A DNA stretch of 64,000 nucleotides, from the IMG/VR virus record IMGVR_UViG_3300034117_002447, positions 207,291 through 271,290 of that record; one strand, given 5' to 3'. The position numbers and the translations under genes are program-made. The notes under the pieces were generated by a model, which did not search any database, was not told the DNA's origin, and worked only from the letters and a program-made list of their open reading frames with translations. Below are positions 58,820-64,000 of this stretch, in pieces. Positions within the stretch are counted from its first letter, which is position 1. Every line of letters starts with the position of its first letter.

Positions 58820-60010
58820 ATGGCAAAAACAACAATGGACGCTTTCGCTAAGTTTAACGACTTGCTCGAAAAGAAAGTAAAATCAAAAATTGAGATTCGC
58901 GGATTCTCTGACATCGAAGAGTACATCCCGACTGGAAACTACTTATTAAATGCTCAAATGTCAGGATCCCTTTTTGGAGGTTATCCTAACACTCGTAGTA
59001 TTGGAATTGCTGGAGACTCAGGTTCAGGTAAAACATTCTTATGTTTAAATGCAGTTCGTGAGTTGCAGAAGAAAGACTACATGGTAATCTATATTGACAC
59101 CGAAGGTGCAATCGATTCAAGTGATTACGTTAAATTTGGAGTAGACTTAACTAAATTAAAATATTTACGTATGGGCCTTATCAGCGAAGTTAAATTCTTC
59201 GTTCATGACCTAATTGAAACAATTAAAGAAAATCCAGGACTTAAGCTTGCTCTATTTGTAGATTCAGTAGGAATGTTGGATACTGATAAAAGTCAACGTG
59301 ATATGGATGCAGGTAAAAATGCAGCAGATATGGGATTACGTGCAAAAGAGATGAGATCCCTATTCAAGTCATTAACGTTAGATCTTTCAAATTATAAAGT
59401 TCCGTTTATCTTTACTAACCACACATACGCTTCAATGGATCAATATACTCCAAAAGGTATGTCAGGCGGTGGAGGTCCAGAGTTCTCTGCCTCAATTATC
59501 TTGATGTTAAGTAAAGGAACCCTTAGGGATGAAGCTAAAACAACTACTGGAATTATCGTTAGATCTAAAACTAAGAAGAATCGTTTAGCTAGACCAATTG
59601 ATATTGAGTTCCATATCTCTTTCCATAAAGGTATGAATCAGTTTGTTGGACTGGAACAATACGTAAACTGGGAAAATTGTGGAGTCGGTCGTGGTAATAA
59701 GTTAACCGAGAAAGAATTCTCAAAACTTAAACCTGATGAGGCTGACTTATGTTCAGCGTTTCAATTAAACGGTGAGACTTTTTATTTCCTACCTAAGAAA
59801 CTTGGAAAAACCTACATCATTAGACATAATGGCGATGCCGTTCCAGTAAAAGAATTTTTCTCTGATCGACTATTCACCAAGGAAGTCTTAACTGAACTGG
59901 ATGAGAAAGTTATTAAACCTACTTTTAAATTCCCAGAAACACAAGACGGAATAGACGAGATTGAAATAGATGAATTAGAAGACTTAACTAGTTCAGAAGA
60001 TGCAGATTAA
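58820..60010 (+). CDS. uvsX: RecA-family recombinase (UvsX-like)
   Basis: IPTGNYLLN, Walker A GDSGSGKT, YIDTE, FVDSVG, FTNH, SGGGG. Confidence 0.92.
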   Translation: MAKTTMDAFAKFNDLLEKKVKSKIEIRGFSDIEEYIPTGNYLLNAQMSGSLFGGYPNTRSIGIAGDSGSGKTFLCLNAVRELQKKDYMVIYIDTEGAIDSSDYVKFGVDLTKLKYLRMGLISEVKFFVHDLIETIKENPGLKLALFVDSVGMLDTDKSQRDMDAGKNAADMGLRAKEMRSLFKSLTLDLSNYKVPFIFTNHTYASMDQYTPKGMSGGGGPEFSASIILMLSKGTLRDEAKTTTGIIVRSKTKKNRLARPIDIEFHISFHKGMNQFVGLEQYVNWENCGVGRGNKLTEKEFSKLKPDEADLCSAFQLNGETFYFLPKKLGKTYIIRHNGDAVPVKEFFSDRLFTKEVLTELDEKVIKPTFKFPETQDGIDEIEIDELEDLTSSEDAD

Positions 60011-60341
60011 TTTACAGCAAACAATCCCACTTAAATACTTACTAGAATCTCACATCGCTCTGCCTAGTTATCCAACTGGGCAGGACTTTGTGTTCGATAT
60101 TCTGTCCTACATAGTCAAAGTCACAATTTCAAAATCAAAGGAATTTGATCAAACTGACATTAAATTCTCTACTAAAACGTTGAAATACGTATTTGGGGAT
60201 AAAATGAATGATGAAGAGTTTAGAGATAAGATAAAACTTATCATGAAAACTTTGATAGAAGATGATATACTTATAAAAAAAGGAGAATTCATTACAATCA
60301 ATGAATCTGAATTTTTAAAATATTACACAATAGCCAATTAA
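60000..60341 (+). CDS. Hypothetical protein (113 aa)
   Basis: ATG ORF overlapping the uvsX stop and directly preceding the helicase. Confidence 0.7.
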   Translation: MQINLQQTIPLKYLLESHIALPSYPTGQDFVFDILSYIVKVTISKSKEFDQTDIKFSTKTLKYVFGDKMNDEEFRDKIKLIMKTLIEDDILIKKGEFITINESEFLKYYTIAN

Positions 60342-60346
60342 AAAAT

Positions 60347-61885
60347 ATGATGATAGACTTCAAAGAGAACATTGAGCTTCTCGAAAAAATAATCTTTAAT
60401 TTTGTCCTAACTGAAGACGATAATGATATTATCATTAAGCCTAAGAATTACGATTCAATGGACAAGAGGGAGGTTATTCCATTAATCAAAGCTCACTACT
60501 TTAACGACGACACTTTACAAAGAGTGTACCGTCTCGCAAAGAAGTTTTTCGTCGAATATTCAAAGATCCCAACTCGTAATGAACTTCGTGAACTTATTAA
60601 TCTAGCGAATCTAGATATTCCTGATTCTAAATACAAAGCTCTATTCGAAGTAGACTTGACTACTTACAATTACGATTTCTTATTTAAGTACACAAAAGCC
60701 TTCATCTTTTACAAAAATCTAAACGGTTCAGTAATTGATGTTCTTTCGTATTTAAAAACAACTGACATTAACCCAGAGAATGTTGAGCTAATAACTAACG
60801 AAGTTCGTGAAAAATTTAATCAAAAATTAAACGTATCATTTACTAGTGCCGAATCAGGCCTAGACTTCTTTACTCCAATTGATCACGTTCAGCTATCTAA
60901 AATTGGAAATCCTACAGGTTTCCCATTCTTTGATAAGACACTAGGCGGTGGATGGAATCCTAAAACGCTAGTAGTTTTTCAAGGGCGTCCAAAAGTAGGA
61001 AAGTCAATGGTCCTTTCTAATATTGCAGGTCGAGCATTTGTTGCCGGATGTCATGTCGGAATTGCAACTCTTGAGTTATCTGACCGTAAATACATGAAGC
61101 GACTTGGGTCAATGATTCTAGATATTCCATTTAAAAATTATGATGCCCTACTAGATAACACTCAAGTCGGAGAAGTAACTCAACGGATCGCTGATCTTAG
61201 AAGCAAATCTTCTCACCTAGGCGAATTAGTAGTTAAAGAATTTCCAACCGGAACTGCCTCAGCGATTGATGTAGAAAATTATTTCCTAAAAGTTCAGCAA
61301 AATACTGGAAAGAAATTTACAGTAGTCGTAGTTGACTATATTAACTTAATGAGACCGATGCGAGAGCAAGGAAACGTTTACGAAAAGATCAAAGTAATCT
61401 CTGAGGAATTAAGAGCTGTTGCTATTCGAAATGAATGGTGTATTATTACAGCAACTCAAATTAAAAGAGATGCAGTAGACGATCAAGACTTAAGCATGTC
61501 AGATATCGCAGAATCATTTGGGCTTGTACATACAGTAGATTCTCTATTCGGTTTGATTAGAGGACCTATGGAAAAACGAATGAAGATTAAGTTAATTGCA
61601 AACCGTGATGGTGGATACACCGAAAGTTTCAAAATGTATCGAATGAGTTATGAATTTGCAAAACTAACTGAAGAATACGATCCAGCTAGCGAGTTCTACT
61701 CAGATGATGATGATACTCAATCTCTGGAAAATCAAATGCGAACTCAATACAATACAGTTCACACAACAACAATGCCACCGAATTTAATTCCATACGACTT
61801 AGCAATAAGCCCTGACTATCCAGCGCCAGTAGCTAATCCAGGGAAATCTTCTGCTGAGTACGATGACTTATTAAATTCAATATAA
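60347..61885 (+). CDS. Replicative DNA helicase (DnaB / T4 gp41-like)
   Basis: PTGFPFFDKTLGGG, Walker A GRPKVGKS, TLELS, VKEFPTG, VVVDYINLM, TATQIKR, AESFG...TVD. Confidence 0.93.
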   Translation: MMIDFKENIELLEKIIFNFVLTEDDNDIIIKPKNYDSMDKREVIPLIKAHYFNDDTLQRVYRLAKKFFVEYSKIPTRNELRELINLANLDIPDSKYKALFEVDLTTYNYDFLFKYTKAFIFYKNLNGSVIDVLSYLKTTDINPENVELITNEVREKFNQKLNVSFTSAESGLDFFTPIDHVQLSKIGNPTGFPFFDKTLGGGWNPKTLVVFQGRPKVGKSMVLSNIAGRAFVAGCHVGIATLELSDRKYMKRLGSMILDIPFKNYDALLDNTQVGEVTQRIADLRSKSSHLGELVVKEFPTGTASAIDVENYFLKVQQNTGKKFTVVVVDYINLMRPMREQGNVYEKIKVISEELRAVAIRNEWCIITATQIKRDAVDDQDLSMSDIAESFGLVHTVDSLFGLIRGPMEKRMKIKLIANRDGGYTESFKMYRMSYEFAKLTEEYDPASEFYSDDDDTQSLENQMRTQYNTVHTTTMPPNLIPYDLAISPDYPAPVANPGKSSAEYDDLLNSI

Positions 61886-61901
61886 AAAAATCATAACTAT
61901 T

Positions 61902-62579
61902 TTGATACCAAAACAAACAGATGAAGATTTCTTAGATTTACATGAAGACGACAATAATATCGATCAGGAACTCGAATTAGGTCTTGAAGATGAGTATGAC
62001 CGTTTAAACAACGGAATATCCGATGATGACTATGACGAAGACGAATTGGAAAGACGTCGATCTGCTTACTCAGACCTAAAGAAGACTGATAAAATCTTTA
62101 ATAATACTTATAATTTAGGATTAGAATTTACTGAAGAAGACGAAGATAATGCTGGATCTTCAAGAGGAAGTTCTGAAATTAAATTAGATAGCAGCTCAGC
62201 CGATTACCACTTAACTGATCCCAGTCGATACGCCGAACATGTGGATCTAGGGATCGTCCGTAAAGATATAAATTCATTCATCCAAGGTAATTCAGAGGTT
62301 CTAGCGATACTTGGTGATGAACCTGAAAAGAAGAAATTTACTAAACCTGAGATGAATCTTCTATTTAATTTAATTCTATCAGGTTTAAGTAAAGGAGTAA
62401 GCCTAAACGTATTCATTAGTCCAATTCATGTACTTGATTCAATATCTAGTACCGTTAACATGGAATACAAAAAAATATTTGACATGTTGACTTATGAAAA
62501 TAAGGAACTTCTTCTTATTGAGCTAAACAGCAAATATGGATTCCTTGATAGTATGGGTAAGAACTATAAAATGTTTTAA
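61902..62579 (+). CDS. Acidic hypothetical protein (~225 aa)
   Basis: TTG-start ORF with an Asp/Glu-rich N-terminal half, located between the helicase and gp47. Confidence 0.7.
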   Translation: MIPKQTDEDFLDLHEDDNNIDQELELGLEDEYDRLNNGISDDDYDEDELERRRSAYSDLKKTDKIFNNTYNLGLEFTEEDEDNAGSSRGSSEIKLDSSSADYHLTDPSRYAEHVDLGIVRKDINSFIQGNSEVLAILGDEPEKKKFTKPEMNLLFNLILSGLSKGVSLNVFISPIHVLDSISSTVNMEYKKIFDMLTYENKELLLIELNSKYGFLDSMGKNYKMF

Positions 62580-62580
62580 G

Positions 62581-63693
62581 ATGAAATTAAACAATATTAG
62601 AAAAATAACACTAGTTGGTGATTTACACCTAGGAATTAAAAACAATTCAGTAGAGTGGCTCCAAATACAAAAGGACTTTTTACTGGATTTTTTAATTAGT
62701 GAAGTTGACAAAGATTTCGATGAAGATCGAGATGTTCTGTTTTTAGAAGGAGATATTTTCCATTCACGCGAATCAATTAATGTTAGAATTCACGATGAGG
62801 CTTTAACTATCTTTAAGAAATTGTCTGAGAAGTTTAAGAGAGGTATTTACATTATTATTGGAAACCATGATGTCTACTATAAAGACCGAAATGTGGTTCA
62901 CTCACTAAAGGCGATTTCGCATATTGCAGATAACATTCATGTGTTTGAAAACCCGGAAATCTTAACGATTAATGGAACTCAAAATTTCCTAATGTTACCT
63001 TGGGTAGAAGACACTAATAGAATCAATCAAATAATAACCGATCATCAGGATCTATGTGAATACATCGTATGCCATGCCGATATTAAAGGATTACGTTTTA
63101 ATAAGTGGACTAAAGTTGAGCACGGAGTAGAGGTTGACATGTTAACTTCATACAAGCGCGTTTACGCAGGTCATATTCATCATAGACAAGAATTTAAAAA
63201 TGTTCTATACACTGGAACCCCATATCAAATGGATCGAGGCGATAGAGATAATCAAAAAGGTTTTTATCAATTAGACCTAAGCGGCTCTAATCTAATTGAA
63301 ACATTCGTTCTTAATACTCAATCTCCTACCTATAAAAAGTTTGATATTTATGAATTATTGGAAATGCCAGCAGATCAAGTTATTTCTCATTTTCAAAATT
63401 CATTCGTTGATGTGATGATTAGCGTTAATTTCGTAAACAAATTTCCAGTAACAAGATTTCTTGAATTAATTTCAAAATCAAAACATAGAAAGGTTGAATT
63501 TTTTACGTATGTTGACGATATCGCTGACGATAAGACGTCAGTAGACTTTAATCCAGAAGATCAGTTTAATGTTATTGATATTTTTAAAAGTTTCATTAAA
63601 TCTAGAGACTACTCACAGACCTTTAAGACGGACTTAGCTCGAAAGTTTATAGAAGTACATGGACTGGTAAAACAAGAAAGAGGCGATGAATAG
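62581..63693 (+). CDS. Mre11/SbcD-family nuclease (T4 gp47-like)
   Basis: GDLHLG, GDIFHSR, GNHD, CHAD, GHIH and YTGTPYQ metallophosphoesterase motifs. ATG at 62581. Confidence 0.92.
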   Translation: MKLNNIRKITLVGDLHLGIKNNSVEWLQIQKDFLLDFLISEVDKDFDEDRDVLFLEGDIFHSRESINVRIHDEALTIFKKLSEKFKRGIYIIIGNHDVYYKDRNVVHSLKAISHIADNIHVFENPEILTINGTQNFLMLPWVEDTNRINQIITDHQDLCEYIVCHADIKGLRFNKWTKVEHGVEVDMLTSYKRVYAGHIHHRQEFKNVLYTGTPYQMDRGDRDNQKGFYQLDLSGSNLIETFVLNTQSPTYKKFDIYELLEMPADQVISHFQNSFVDVMISVNFVNKFPVTRFLELISKSKHRKVEFFTYVDDIADDKTSVDFNPEDQFNVIDIFKSFIKSRDYSQTFKTDLARKFIEVHGLVKQERGDE

Positions 63694-64000
63694 ACCAAAT
63701 ATTTTAGAATCAATATCAATCCAAAAAATAGGATCTGAGTTTTGCGTTTTTACTAATCGTCAGATTTTTAGAGACTCAGTTATTGAAGTTTGTGCCTGGT
63801 TGCCGGTTACACAAAGGACCCAAATTCTTTTAAGTAAAAATGATCAATTCTTAACCAATAAACTATTCCCTAACCCTGATGGAATCGAAAAGGAGAGAGA
63901 GATTGCGAGCCGACTTGCTGAGCTTGACCTACAGGAAAGGCTTGATCAAGGCTTAATTTCTCAAGCTCAATTCAAAGCAATTTTATTAGATGTTGTTAAT
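63686..64000 (+). CDS. Hypothetical protein, 3'-truncated by the window edge
   Basis: ATG overlapping the gp47 stop; 105 open codons (MNRPNILESISIQKIGSEF...); no Walker A. Confidence 0.65.
   Translation, partial: MNRPNILESISIQKIGSEFCVFTNRQIFRDSVIEVCAWLPVTQRTQILLSKNDQFLTNKLFPNPDGIEKEREIASRLAELDLQERLDQGLISQAQFKAILLDVVN

Noticed and set aside
43852-63693. Inteins, introns or homing endonucleases in RNR, polymerase, helicase or recombinase
   Set aside because: Lengths are ordinary, and no splice motifs or LAGLIDADG/HNH/GIY-YIG signatures were seen.

Overview
A 64-kb segment of an AT-rich jumbo ('huge') myovirus genome with a T4-like core, read in the standard bacterial code. The host is most likely Bacteroidota: there are no Shine-Dalgarno motifs, leaders are A-rich, and the window has an Hc1-like protein and a Bacteroidota-type class Ia RNR (inference). 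Positions 1-35.4 kb are mostly a minus-strand late/structural module: fibers, neck, baseplate-like proteins, a gp55-like late sigma factor and a RuvC-like resolvase. Positions 35.6-64 kb are mostly a plus-strand replication/host-takeover module: PolB-type exonuclease, GroEL, S1-like protein, RNR beta/alpha, Hc1-like protein, SSB, 5'-3' exonuclease, GroES, HAD phosphatase, dUTPase, a split family-B polymerase, UvsX, gp41 helicase and gp47. An isolated minus-strand tail sheath gene sits inside the second module. The most striking candidate system is a virion-glycosylation cluster at 1-14 kb. A GT-A glycosyltransferase whose motifs resemble plant peptide O-glycosyltransferases (GT96 SERGT1 / GT95 HPAT) lies directly behind a Thr-rich mucin-like protein. 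Downstream is a >1,600-aa proline-free Gly-Ser-Thr collagen-like protein that the ORF track misses, and an amidoligase is nearby. Also visible in the sequence are two promoter classes (T4-like late [TGA]ATAAATA and an eight-copy AAAC[CT]-N16/17-TA[TGA]AA[TG]), T4-style capsid-targeting N-termini on three proteins, and a candidate origin at the strand switch. All family assignments come from motif recognition, not database searches.
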